From Octopus sinensis (lineage: Eukaryota): a stretch of 64,000 nt of DNA. Shown in pieces: positions 11,825 through 24,051 of the stretch; positions within the stretch are counted from its first letter, which is position 1; each line of letters begins with the position of its first letter. The stretch spans positions 20,336,001 to 20,400,000 of the forward strand of contig NC_043013.1 in the NCBI RefSeq assembly GCF_006345805.1, written 5' to 3'. A program made the translations under genes and the position numbers. The notes beneath the pieces were generated by a model. That model ran no database searches. It worked only from the letters and a program-made list of their open reading frames with translations, and was not told where the DNA came from.

Positions 11825-12330
11825 ATAATGTTTTAGCTTTCAAATGATGCTGTCCCACTGGATAGGTAGGTCGACCATGATTATCTTTTGAATTTAGCTA
11901 GCTTCCATCTTCTAACAAATAGACACCGTAACTGATTCAGCATGATAGTCTTTCAATAGAGTCAGTATTCCAGTACCTTTGTAGATTGGCTGGACCTCCT
12001 CGGGCATACACCCTGCTACCATAGCTTGTGAACAACCATTGCCCCTGTTGCAGCGCTACGAGGCACTGAAATCAAGTTTTGGACAGATACTCCAAGCAAA
12101 GGGCTTTGGAAAGATCCATGCTAGGAATACCATTGCAAGAATGTATACAAAATGAGGTAACGCAAGAACAGAATGGAGTGAACAAGATGATCAGAGAATA
12201 TACCAAAATCACAAGTTCTGCTGAGCTGGACAAGTTACAAGGTTCACGGGCAGTAGGTGAATCTACAGTTGCCAAGTGATATCCACTTGGAAGGCCTCTA
12301 TCGCTTGCAGCACCACCATTTGGTTTCTGT
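11825..12330. mobile_element. RTE-clade LINE remnants in opposite orientations
   Basis: + strand 12079-12300: QRALERSMLGI, then (W)AGQVTRF and VAK*YPLGRP; - strand 11825-12070 is a weaker RTE-like C-terminus plus 3' tail. Confidence 0.65.
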
Positions 12331-12604
12331 GACTTCAATGTTTTATCCCACATGTTCCTAGGTTTCCTTCTTCCTCAGGCTTCATCTGCTTTAAGTGATC
12401 AGCATTTCTTTATATAGTTGCCCTCATCTGTATGCATCACATGACCAAATCTATAGTCTTCTCTTTTGCACACCACATCTATTGGGTTGGACTGTTTGAC
12501 AGGAGCTGACCAGGCAGAAGACTGCACAAGGCTTTCCTGTTTGTTTTGGCAGGGTTTTTAATGGCTCGATACTCCTCCTAACACTAATACATTTTATAAT
12601 ATTA

Positions 12605-12978
12605 CTAGCAGTATCGCCCGGCGTTGCTCGGGTTTGTAAGGGAAATAACTATAAAGCATTTTTAGAGAGTTATAGCCAAAAAATAGCAAAGAAATGGAAA
12701 AAAATTATGGTAAATTTTTTTGAGAGTTAAAAAGGTCGAGTTGCGTCCCCTAGACAGTCTGTGGTTTGTGTTTCTGATTCTCGACCCCATGTCGAATTTA
12801 TCGATTTTTTTCAGAACTGGGGGAACTTTTCAAAATTTTCGCTGCATTAGTTTTGAATTATGACATTGGGCTATGTGTGTGTCAAGTTTCATCAGAATCG
12901 GTTGAAAGCCATGGTCAGGGTGAGGGTACAACCTAACAGACACGCAGACAGACAAACTGCCGTTTATATAGAGAGAGA
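12605..12978 (-). mobile_element. Non-autonomous Helitron
   Basis: 5' A|TC start, 3' hairpin cccgagcaacgccggg and CTAG|T end; no TSD. Confidence 0.9.
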
Positions 12979-13501
12979 TTTTATATTGGTGTATATAATG
13001 TTATCTTCTATGTTGTGGAATTTTTAGTGATTTCATTTTAAAATGGGTAGTGCTAGCCAGGTGAGTTTAGAAGGTGCTAAAATCTAATCATGAGCACAGA
13101 TTTGCTAATGAATTTTCTCCACATGTCACAGAACTCGTCCACATAGTGGAATCAAACTAAGAATCATGTAGCTGAGAAGCAAGCTTCTTACCACTCAGCT
13201 ACGCCTCTGCCTACATGCATCAATATTGCATGTGTGACTATGTATACATACATACACACACACACACACATATATACATACATAACTTGTGTACCCATAT
13301 GTACATATATGCCTACATGTATGTATGTACTATCATCATCATCATCGTTTAGCATGGAAAACGGACATATGATGATGATGATGATCATACATACATACAT
13401 GTAGGTATATATGTACATATGGGTACACAAGCTTATATATAATCTAGATTCAGTTGAATTAGGTACTTAAATTGAGGCACCTTGTTATACATTCTAAACA
13501 T

Positions 13502-13565
<64 letters not shown>

Positions 13566-13879
13566 GAATGTATATCCACACATACACACACATATACAAG
13601 CAAACATATGATTCTATTCAGATATTTCTGTTCTTTGCCATAAATGAAAATTATAGAAATCTCTTTAGAACTATATTGAACCACCCAAGGACACTCAGCT
13701 ATTTTTTGTCTCTTGTATATGCCAGCTTGTGTGTGTCAGTGTACGTATATCTTAATACTTTATGTGTGCGTGTGTGAGTATATGTATATATATATTCACA
13801 AATGCATACATGTATATACACAAACGCATACATGTATATACACAAACACACACACACATATATATATATATATACATAC

Positions 13880-13910
<31 letters not shown>

Positions 13911-14049
13911 CATACTTACATATATATATATACATACATATACATACATATACATACATACATATACATACATATATATATATATATATACATATATAAC
14001 ACACATCGATCTGTTTTAATATTATGTAATACATGTACATCCACACCCC

Positions 14050-14260
14050 TCACAAAAAAGTCAAGTATCCTTCGGTGGTTCAATAAAGAACCAGACTCAG
14101 TCTGTAATTTCCATCTGTGGCAAGGAACTGGAATTCCTGAATGCAATCTCATGTCTTCTGCCGACAGTCTAAATTGGTGTTGAAGATGGTTTCCTATAAG
14201 TACCAAACTCAACGACGACTACAAGAGCCATAGGAATGATGATGATGATGATGAGGATGA
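14050..14260 (+). mobile_element. Probable RTE-type LINE 3' end with (GAT)n tail
   Basis: Weak similarity to RTE C-terminus, followed by atgatgatg tail. Confidence 0.4.
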
Positions 14261-14704
14261 TGAGGATGACAATGAAAGGACAGTATGATGAAGGCATTAA
14301 ATGACTGTATTGCTACTTATCGGAGGTAAACATCATCAAATTTACTGCGTAGACTTTCAAAGTAAATAACTTTGGTGGCATACATATACATACATTCACA
14401 AACACCTATATATATATACACACACAGATATATATCATTGTGTGTGTGTATGTGTGTGAGTATGAGTGTGAGTGTATGTGAGACAGAGAGTCAGTTTGTG
14501 TGATTGTCTATTTTTATTATACATTGCAGCTAAAAGTTTCAAGTTTGGAGTGATTACGTAAGAAGGAGTGGTTGCAAATAAGAAATACTCTCAGCAGCTT
14601 ATATGCTATCTAATAAACATATATAAATACACATGCACCGAAACACACACATACACATATACATGCACATACATGCATACGTGTGTGTATATGTATATAT
14701 ATAT

Positions 14705-15310
14705 ATTATCATCATCATCATCGTTTAACGTCTGCTTTCTATACTTGCATGGGGTGGATGATTTGACTGAGGACTGGCGAACCAGATGGCTGCACCAGGC
14801 TCCACTCTGATCTGGCAGAGTTTCTACAGCTGGAAGCCCTTCCTAATGCCAACCACTCCAAGAGTGTAGTGGGTGCTTTTAAGTGCCACAGTCACAAGGG
14901 CCAGTCAGGTGGTACTGGCAATGACCACACTCAAATTGTGTTTTTTATATGCCACCTGCACAGGAGCCAGTCCAGCAGCAGTGGCAACGGCATCGCTTAA
15001 ATGTTTTTTCAGATGCCACTGGCACAAGTGCCAGTAAGGTGACGCTGGTAATGATCACGCTTGAATGGTGCTTTTTTCATGTCACCAGCACGGAAGCCAG
15101 TCAGCTGCTCTGGCATCTATCATGCGCTGATGGTGCTCTTAGTGTTCCACTAGCACAGATGCCAGTCAACGAATTTGATTTTGATTTCACTTGCCTCAAC
15201 AGGTCTTCGCAAGCAGAGTTTAGTGTCCAATGAAGGAAAGGTACACATAAGTGGGCTGGTTACACCCCTGGCATAGGCCATGGATTATGGTCTCACTTGG
15301 CTTGCCGGAT
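14705..15310 (-). mobile_element. Repeat family D (RTE-type (GAT)n tail, internal ~56-bp subrepeats)
   Basis: Tail gttaaacgatgatgatg, block ggcattaggaagggcttccagctgtagaaa, repeated ggtgctttt..gtgccac motifs. Confidence 0.85.
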
Positions 15311-15350
<40 letters not shown>

Positions 15351-15365
15351 CATATGTATTTTCAA

Positions 15366-15560
15366 ATTCTTTTACTTGTTTCAGTCATTTGACTGTTGTC
15401 ATGCTGGAGCATCACCTTAAAGGGTTTTAATCAAAGAAATTGACCTCCCAGGATTTATTCTTTGTAAGCCTAGTACTTATTCTATCAGTCGCTTTTGTCA
15501 AACTGCTAAGTTTCAGGGACATTTACACACCAGCGTCAGTTGTCAAGTGGTGACAGGGTG
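15366..15560 (-). mobile_element. SINE family B, 3' part
   Basis: Tail ccagcatg..cagtcaaatgactgaaacaagtaaaaga shared with 53115-53619. Confidence 0.85.
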
Positions 15561-15598
15561 GACAAATACACACACACACACATAAATATATACATATA

Positions 15599-15860
15599 CT
15601 GGGTGCGATGGGTAAACTGTCACCATTCCATACTTTTAATTTCATGCATGCACATTGTTTGTTTTTGATTTTTCAACTACACAGTATAGTAGGGTCAGTT
15701 GGGCACCGTCTGTGAGAAAAACAGCACTATGACACAATTCTCTCTGCCAGAAATTTGGAAACAACATTCTGTACTACTTGGCATTCATGCCAAAAGCTCC
15801 AATATTAACGTTTCAGAGTGATTGGCTGTCAATCTGAGGGGACAGTGTATTTCCATGGTC
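15599..15860 (+). mobile_element. Tc1/mariner-superfamily transposon, 5' end with decayed transposase N-terminus
   Basis: TA|CTGGGTGCGATGGGTAAA terminus; ATG 15729 gives MTQFSLPEIWKQHSVLLGIHAKSSNINVSE*LAVNLR. Confidence 0.7.
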
Positions 15861-16626
15861 AGGTGTTGGCAGTGCTCTGTCTGTTGGTGTATTCATATAT
15901 AAACACACACACATACACACACACACACACACACACCACACACACACACACACTCGCATTTGTTTAGGTAAGCGGATGCGTGCATGCTGTTGTGTGTGTT
16001 AGTGTCTCATTGTCTTGACATCATGGGATAGTGATGAAAATTGCAGTTACAAGTAGCGTTCTTCATTCTCAGTCATCTGTGAAATCCTGTCTGATGAAGA
16101 AGAAATAAGCAAGGGTGAAGAGGAAGAGCATTTGGCAGTAGAAAATCTGCTTCAACGAATTCAGTGTGGCACAGGTAAACATGCAAGATTGGACATAAAA
16201 ATAATGACGATGATGATGTGCAATATAAAATTTTAAATATGTAACATTAAATATATAGTTCATAGATGAGATCCAAATGTTCTCCGTGTAGAATACACTT
16301 ATTGTTCAAGAGATTTAAACTTGAGTGTGTATAAAAGTAAATGCAGGGATAAGCAAGTTAGATTAATATGTAAAGTATATTAAATACAGGAAATACAAAA
16401 AAAAATGTATATATGTGTATGTATAAAAAGGTCCAATTTACACAGAATACAACTGAAATGGAAAATTGAAAGGGTGGAGGAAAAGTATAAGAAATCCTTT
16501 GTATATATACATATATACACAGTTTTTGTATTTCATATATTTAATATACTTTATTCACCTGTCTAATTTGCTTAAATATATAATATATAAATATGATAAT
16601 TGAATATAATCATTATCAAACACATA

Positions 16627-17138
16627 TCTATATATATAAAACTGTAGTTGTGTGAGTATCTGTCCCCTTCGATTTAGATTCCTAACTACTCCCACATTTT
16701 GCGGTGTAGTTTAACCAAATTCAGGTATCTTATAGTCGTGATTCATATCGAGCCCTTCTGGGTATTAGCGTACGTCTACGATGAGTCTACGATTTTAAAA
16801 ATAATTTAACATCATTTTTTATTCCATTTTAATGCATAATTTTTCGTGTGTAGATGGCGGCGGAGTTGGCGTCCATGGTCACACCTGCACCTGTTTGCTT
16901 CTCCCCTTCTTCCCTCCCTCATGAAGCTGTGGGGAAAGGAGTGTAAGGAAATCAACATCGTAAAGCGTTGTCAAGGAGACCAGCGTTCTTTTAGAACAAC
17001 GACTTCATGGCTTGAAGACACCAAAACAGAAATGGCTAAGAAAGCCCGAATTGGCATCTATAAGGGAAGTAACTCTCTAAAAATGCTTATATAGTTATTT
17101 CCCTTACAAACCCGAGCAACGCCGGGCGATACTGCTAG
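16627..17138 (+). mobile_element. Non-autonomous Helitron, first of a tandem pair
   Basis: A|TCTATATATATAAA start; hairpin and CTAG end; GC-rich internal block ~16845-17050. Confidence 0.9.
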
Positions 17139-17534
17139 TCTTTATATATAAAAGAGAAGTTGTGTGTCTGTCTCCTACGATTTAGATTCCTAACTACTCC
17201 CACATTTTGAGGTGCAGTTTAACCAAAACCGGGTATCTTATAGTCGTGATTCATATCGAGCCCTTCTGGGTATTAGCGCACGTCTACGATGAATCTACGA
17301 TTCAAAAAAAAATTTATCATCATTTTTTAACATTTTAGTGCATTTTTTCGCTATTATATAAGGGAAGTAACTCTCTAAAAATGTCTACAATGAGTCAACG
17401 ATTTTTAAAAAGAATTACCATAATTTTTTTTCCATTTTTAATGCATTTTCTTGCTATATTTTGGCTATAACTCTAAAAATGCTTATATAGTTATTTCCCT
17501 TACAAACCCAAGCAACGCCGGGCGATACTGCTAG
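17139..17534 (+). mobile_element. Non-autonomous Helitron, second of a tandem pair
   Basis: Starts TC directly after the previous CTAG; same 5' body; ends hairpin-CTAG|T. Confidence 0.9.
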
Positions 17535-17924
17535 TTAAATATATAATTATTTCAAATATACACTTTGAATAGTTCACAGCAAGAAAGGTCAAGCTCACTT
17601 CAACTGCTCTGCTTTACAAAACTGAGGATCTCTTCTGATGGCTGACCAACACTAACAAGGTCAAAATTGCATCACAAAGACTGACCTTCCATTACAAACC
17701 CAGAAAATTCTTCAGGTGTATGCCAAAAACAATAAAAATCTTTAACTGAAACCTAGAAAGGGGTATTTCTCTCTCTCTCTCTCTAACACACACACACACA
17801 CCAGATAATGTCCTGCCTCTTCTTTGAGAATAATCTATGCAGAAAAAAAAAAATGTTTGCTATAGATTGGTGCCTGTATACAGTGCTATGCCAGCACAGA
17901 CAGACAAAACAGGTTCTATGTGTA

Positions 17925-18125
17925 TCGTCATCATCATCGTTTAATGTCCGTTTTCCGCGCTAGCACAGGTTGGACGGTTCGACCGGGTTCTGGGAAGCCA
18001 GGGGCTGCACCAGGCTCCAGTCTGATCTGGCAGTGTTTCTACAGCTGGATGCCCTTCCTAACGCCAACCACTCTGCGAGTGTAGTGGGTGCTTTTTACAT
18101 GCCACCAGCACAGGTGCCAGAGGAG
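17925..18125 (-). mobile_element. Repeat family D, 3' part
   Basis: Similarity to 14705-15310 and 30955-31810. Confidence 0.85.
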
Positions 18126-18384
18126 TCTGGCATTATAGCATTGTTTAATGCTACCATAATGTTTAAAGGATGAATTATGGGTACTGAATGAATGAATGTG
18201 CCTGTATGCGTGTTTATCTATCTATCTATTTGTCTGTCTGGCTATCTGATTACCAACCTACTTATCTATCTCTCTCTCTATCTATCAACCTGTCTGTCTG
18301 TCTGCACGTATGCATGCACATATACATAAAACTCACATACACACACAGATGTAAACACAAACATACAACCTTTTAAAATATCAA

Positions 18385-18695
18385 ATCACCGTGATCACCG
18401 TGACCGACCAGGCTATCAGATGTTGTTACACATCGCTGGTCACAATGCGCCTCGCATTGTTTTAGCCTTCAAATGACGCCACCCCGCTGGCTAAGCGAGC
18501 AGGCCAACAGAAGAAAGAGTGAGAGAAAGTTGTGGCGAAAGAGTACAGCAGGGATCGCCACCACCCCCTGCTGGAGCCTTGTGGAGTTTTAGGTGTTTTT
18601 GCTCAATAAACACTCACAACGCCCGGTCTGGGAATTGAAACCGCGATCCTACGACCGTGAGTCTGCTGCCCTAACCACTATGCCATTGCGCCTCC
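18385..18695 (-). mobile_element. SINE family C, tail type 1
   Basis: tRNA-like head ggaggcgcaatggc..tagtggttagggcagc..ggtttcaattccc; TSD aaaatatcaaat at 18375-18386 and 18698-18709. Confidence 0.9.
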
Positions 18696-18797
18696 ACAAA
18701 ATATCAAATACCAATATCAAATGCCTAAGGAAACAGTTGCAAACATCATACTAATGTACAATGGTTACAAATGAAAATATCTTATGTTTTTCATCAC

Positions 18798-19054
18798 CAG
18801 TGGTTCTCAACCATTTTCGCCTATGGACCCCTTTTGATTCCTATTTTAGTTGGACGGATCCCCATGGTCATTCAATGTTTAAAAACATCCTATTATATTT
18901 TTATAATTAAGTATTAATAGAAATCGTATTTAAAAAATCGTTTAAATATGTTTTACATTGTAGAAGAGAAACCAATTTACTGTGCATAAAGTTTAGCAAC
19001 AACAAATCTTATGTGAACCTCCAGGGCCATATTGACCCCGATTGAGTATCACTT
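18798..19054. mobile_element. hAT-type MITE
   Basis: CAGTGGTTCTCAA terminus and degenerate TTGAGTATCACTT; matching right end of another copy at ~32765-32833. Confidence 0.7.
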
Positions 19055-19124
19055 CTCAAGATTAATACTTGTCACAATTATCAACATGTTGGACAAAATG
19101 TTCTACTGTTTTCCTTCTGTTTTT

Positions 19125-19530
19125 TTTTTTTACATTCTGAGTTCAAATCCTGCTGAGGTCAACTTCGCCTTTCATTCTTTAGGGGTTGATAAAATAAAGT
19201 ACCAGTTACATACTGGCGTTAATGTAAGTGATCTGCTCTCGCCACTAAAATTGCTGGCCTTGTGACAAAATGAAGACGAAGAAGAAGAAGAAAAGAAGAA
19301 GAAGAAGAAGACGACGAAGAAAAAGAAGATGACGAAGAAGAAGAAGAATCTAAGGCAGTGAGCTGGCAGAATCATTAGCACGTTGGGCAAAATCTTTAGT
19401 GACATTTTGTCCATCTTCACATGCTGAGTCCTAATTCTGCTGAGGTCAACTTTGCTTTTGATCCTTTTTGGGGGTCAATAAAATAAGTACCAGTTAAGCT
19501 CTGGGGGTCGATTTAATCAACTTAACCCCT
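19125..19530 (+). mobile_element. Two adjacent degenerate SINE A copies separated by (GAA)n
   Basis: Box B and central domain present twice. Confidence 0.8.
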
Positions 19531-19829
19531 TATTATTATTATTGTTTGGGTAGTGGATTGGAAGAATCACTGGAGAGTGCCAGACAATTGCTGATGTATT
19601 TTGTTCCGTTGTTTTACATTCTAAATGTTTTTCTAACAAGAATTTATAGTTTTCCCACATCTTGGAAATTTCACTGACGTTACAGTTCTATTGGTATTGT
19701 CTTCAATAGTCTTCAGGTGGGACTAGGCCAAGAATTGCAAATAGTAGCTTTTCTGGGTCTGATGATACATATGCTGGCCTATAATCTGAATAGAAAGATT
19801 ATCTAACAAAGTTAGTATAGTTATTTGGC

Positions 19830-21640
19830 TAGTTCCTCTTATTCCCTATGGAATATTGGCAGCAACAAAAGATCTCCACCCTCTGCAGTCTTCTGTAAGG
19901 GATTTGGCATCCTCTCAGCTCAACTCTTCTGCTTCTAAATCCTTCAGAACTGTCCACTTCCATGTAATTAATGGGAATTTACATTTCCTTTTTCCACCTT
20001 CCAGTCAAAGCAGGGTTTCATGTATCTTGTTGATGGTATTCTTATTTCTTTATTGCCCACAAGGGGCTAAACATAGAGGGGACAAACAAGGACAGACAAA
20101 CGGATTAAGTCGATTACATTGACCCCAGTGCGTAACTGGTACTTAATTTATCGACCCTGAAAGGATGAAAGGCAAAGCTGACCTCGGCGGAATTTGAACT
20201 CAGAATGTAATGGCAGATGAAATACCTATTTCTTTACTACCCACAAGGGGCTAAACAGAGAAGGGACATGCAAGGACAGACAAAGGGATTAAGTCGATTA
20301 TATTGACCCCAGTGCATAACTGGTACTTATTTAATCAACTCCAAAAGGATGAAAAGCAAAGTCGACCTCGGCGGAATTTGAGCTCAGAACGTAGTGGCAG
20401 ACAAAATACCGCTAAGCACTTCGCCCGGCATGCTAGCGTTTCTGCCAGCTCACCGCCTTTGTTGATAATATTCTAAAGACTGGTCCAAGTAACCTCAGAC
20501 GATGATTTTTCACTCTGATGCTAAATGGTTTTCAGCTTGGTTCTTCCAGAGATTTCGTCATTGGTCATTCTGTCTTGCCAAGAAATGTTAATTTTTTGGA
20601 GGCACCTCTGGTGGAATGTATCTTATTGATGAGTCCGACCATCATCTTCCACATTCCTCTAGCATAGATGCCAAGTGGGATGATCAAAGAGCTGTACAAA
20701 ACTATCTTGCTTCTTAAAGTCATGTGATTAGATTGCCAGATGCTTCTGAGCCTCCTAAAAACAGAACCTGCTTTTCCAGTTCTGCACAGCACATCTTGCT
20801 CTGTTTAACCCTTTTTGGAAATGCTGTTACCCAAGTAGATGAACCCCTCAAATTTATCTGCACTTGTGTCTTCATAGGCTTTTCTTCCTTCACTGGCATG
20901 ACCATCTTTTCTTAGCTGATCCTTAGACCATCTTTAGCTGCGTTATTTGCTAAGCTGTTGGTCAACATCTGCCACGACTGTTCTGATTTGCTGAAAAGGG
21001 CAACGTCATCTGCAAAATCCAGGTAAATCAAATGAGAAGTATTCCACCTGATTCAAAGATGTGGGTCGTTTATGGCCTTTTGCATCAAAAATCACTTGTA
21101 TGTAGGAACAGTAGCGGAGATAACATGCAGCTTTAGCACACTCCTAAGACTATGTTGAAGATCTCTGTACATCTACTACAAGTTCTGATAAAGCAGCATG
21201 TATCCCTGTACAGGCTCTTTAACCCGGCTCTGGATCTGAGTACAACTGTCCTGTTTTCATAAGTTTTAAATTAAAATCTTCCACCAAGTCATAGTCACAA
21301 TTTGGTCCTAACACTAGCTGAATGATAACTAAGTTATATTGATAAATTCTTTATTATATCTAAAATAATTGAAAGTAACACAGAGCATCTCAAAATAAAT
21401 ACAGTAACAAAAGGGTTAAGGTGTTAAGCTTTTGAGGAATTCCATAAGTCTCAGCTATTCTCCTAACAGTCTGTGTATACTATCAAAGTCCTTTTTGATG
21501 CACAATTTTTTGTTGATTTCCATTCTCTGCACACTCCAAATTGGAAGATTATCTAACAATGCATAGATACGTGGGTATATAAAGTAGCATGGTTTTTGGA
21601 TTCGTTTTTGCCACACTGCCAGTAATATTGTCTGCTTATT
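19830..21640 (-). pseudogene. RTE-clade reverse transcriptase pseudogene, interrupted by a SINE A dimer
   Basis: KKDFDSIHR, YLDFADDVAL, GKAGSVFRRLRSIW..KIVLYSSLI motifs in the expected order; stops and frameshifts. Confidence 0.85.
20037..20458 (-). mobile_element. SINE family A dimer inserted in the RTE
   Basis: Junction aaagaaataggtatttc at ~20220; imperfect flanking repeat agaata(c/t)(c/t)atcaacaa. Confidence 0.9.
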
Positions 21641-21647
21641 TCCCACC

Positions 21648-21682
<35 letters not shown>

Positions 21683-22319
21683 TCTCACTTTAGTAAAGGA
21701 ATTGCAGTGTAAATACAGCCAATGAAAGACACACATTTACCAATGGTTTAGGGAGTTTAGAATGAAAGTAGCAACAATGAATTGACTGATGACTAGCAAA
21801 AACCAATAAATGGTTGGTTCTAAAAAAAGCAAACAGATAAATAAATAGATATTAAAAATAAAAACAACATTCGGATATATTCCAACAGTTGGAAAAATGA
21901 TTAACATAGAAGATCATCAATAATGTCGGCCAATTTTCATTTTTCAAATATGACAAAATTCTTGGAAATATTCTGAACGCAATGGCCGTGTAAGTGTTTT
22001 GGGAGTTGAGACTTGCAAAGACTAATAAGCAATTACTAAAATTATATATTGGTTAAATGAATATTTGCTAGTGACCAACAAATACACTGTGTATATGTAT
22101 ATATGTGCATACAGTACATTCATGTATATATATATAATATATATATATGTATGCATATGTAGCACATATGAAAAGTACAGATTGGAGTGTATATTTATGA
22201 AAAGTATTCTGTCGATAAGTCTCTTTATATCAATAGGAAACCATTCACTCACCCAGAAAACACAATTTCAGTCATGAATGAAAAGATCATTCTACCCTTA
22301 GGACTCTCCCCACCTCTCT

Positions 22320-22800
22320 CTCTCTCTCTCCCTCTCATATATATATACATATATATACATATACATATATATACATATATATATATATACACATACATAT
22401 ATATATACATATATACATATATATATATACATATATATATACATATATACATATATATATATATACATACATATATATATACATATATATATATACATAC
22501 ATATATATATACATACATATATATATACATATATATATATACATACATATATATATACATATATACATATATATACATATATACATATATACATATATAT
22601 ATATATACATATATATACATATATATATATACATATATATACATACATATATACATATATATATATACATATATATATACATATATACATACATATATAT
22701 ATATACATATATATACACATATACATACATACATATATGTATATAATATAATATACATACATGCACATATGTACATGCATATATGTCTGTGTGTGTGTAC
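22320..22800. repeat. Long compound (TA)n/(TACA)n microsatellite
   Basis: Direct reading; similar tracts at 13780-14000, 27640-28560, 28860-29340, 49330-50330 and 54200-54680. Confidence 0.95.
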
Positions 22801-23010
22801 ATTCTGGCAAACAGACGTCAAAAGATGGAATTGATTTACGGAGATAATGAAAAAAAGGCTTTTGTACTGCCAATGTTTGGACTCTAAAGAGTCCAGTCCT
22901 TTATTATGTGAGCAGACATTTTATGGTGACCAAAATACGAGAACCAGGGGACTACAGAGTCTACAGGCCGATAATTACTTTCTATCACATCAAACATATT
23001 CGTATCTCTC

Positions 23011-23100
23011 TCCCCCTTCCCCCTCTCCCCCTTCCCCCTCTCCCCCTTCCCCCTCCCCCTCTCCCCCTCTCCCCCTTCCCCCTCTCCCCCTCCCCCTCTC
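23011..23100. repeat. (TCCCC[C/T])n pyrimidine tract; G-run array on the - strand
   Basis: More than 12 C4-C5 runs. Confidence 0.9.
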
Positions 23101-23879
23101 TCTATGTTGTATTTGTGTGGGATTTTCTATCTATTTCATCTATTTGGATTTTCTGTCCGTTTCATTGTGTGTGTGTTGCTGTATAATTGCGTACTTGTAT
23201 GTCGTGTGTGTGTGTGTGTGTGTGTGTGTAACTGTGTGTGTCTATTTGTATGCATCTAAATCTTTGTCCATACATTTGGGTGTGTGCGTGTATGTGTGTG
23301 TGTGTGTGATTATCTTTCTTTTATTTATGCGTGTGTCAGCATGTGTATGCAGTGTGCATGTATGTGTATGTCTGCGTGTGCATTTGCATGCATTTGTTGT
23401 TGTATGTGTGTGTGTGTGTGTTTGTGTGCATATCTGGATGCACATCTGAGTGCATGCATTTGCTTGATCTGCACATGTACTTCTGTGTGTGTGTGTGTAT
23501 ATTTGTGCATATGTATTTCTGTGTGTGTGCATGTATGTGTATGTATCTTTTTGTGTGTATGTGTAGTTGTATGTTTGCATGTGTGTGAGCATTCATATGC
23601 ATCTAGTATTGAAACATGTTCAGTTCCTGCCAGACCATCATCTCTAATATAAATTGGACACAGGCGATCATTGTATTCTTTCTTGTCTTGAGGTTCACAG
23701 CCAAACGGCTGGGTGGATTCACGTGACAAATGGCACACATGTGAAGACAGGTGCATAGACTGGAATGCAGTTTGTATTTTTTTCCTAACCCCCATACTTA
23801 CTGAGAAAATCAATTAAAACCTTTTCTAATGGAATTTCCCTCTTTCTTCTGCCATTAAAATAACCAGTTGCTTAGAAGC

Positions 23880-24051
23880 TGTTTTCTGACGGGGTGGGGG
23901 TCAGGAAATTTTCATACAGCTGGGGGCTCCAATCGAAACAGGGGACCCGAAATGATATGGTTGACAAACGCTGTTATAGATTATGCCTAACTGAAAACGA
24001 ACACCGACACATCATCCAAACAGACCGGGTGAAACCGGGCTTAGCTGCTAG
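23880..24051 (+). mobile_element. Helitron 3' end of a further family
   Basis: Hairpin ccgggtgaaaccgg followed by tgCTAG|T; 5' end not located. Confidence 0.6.
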
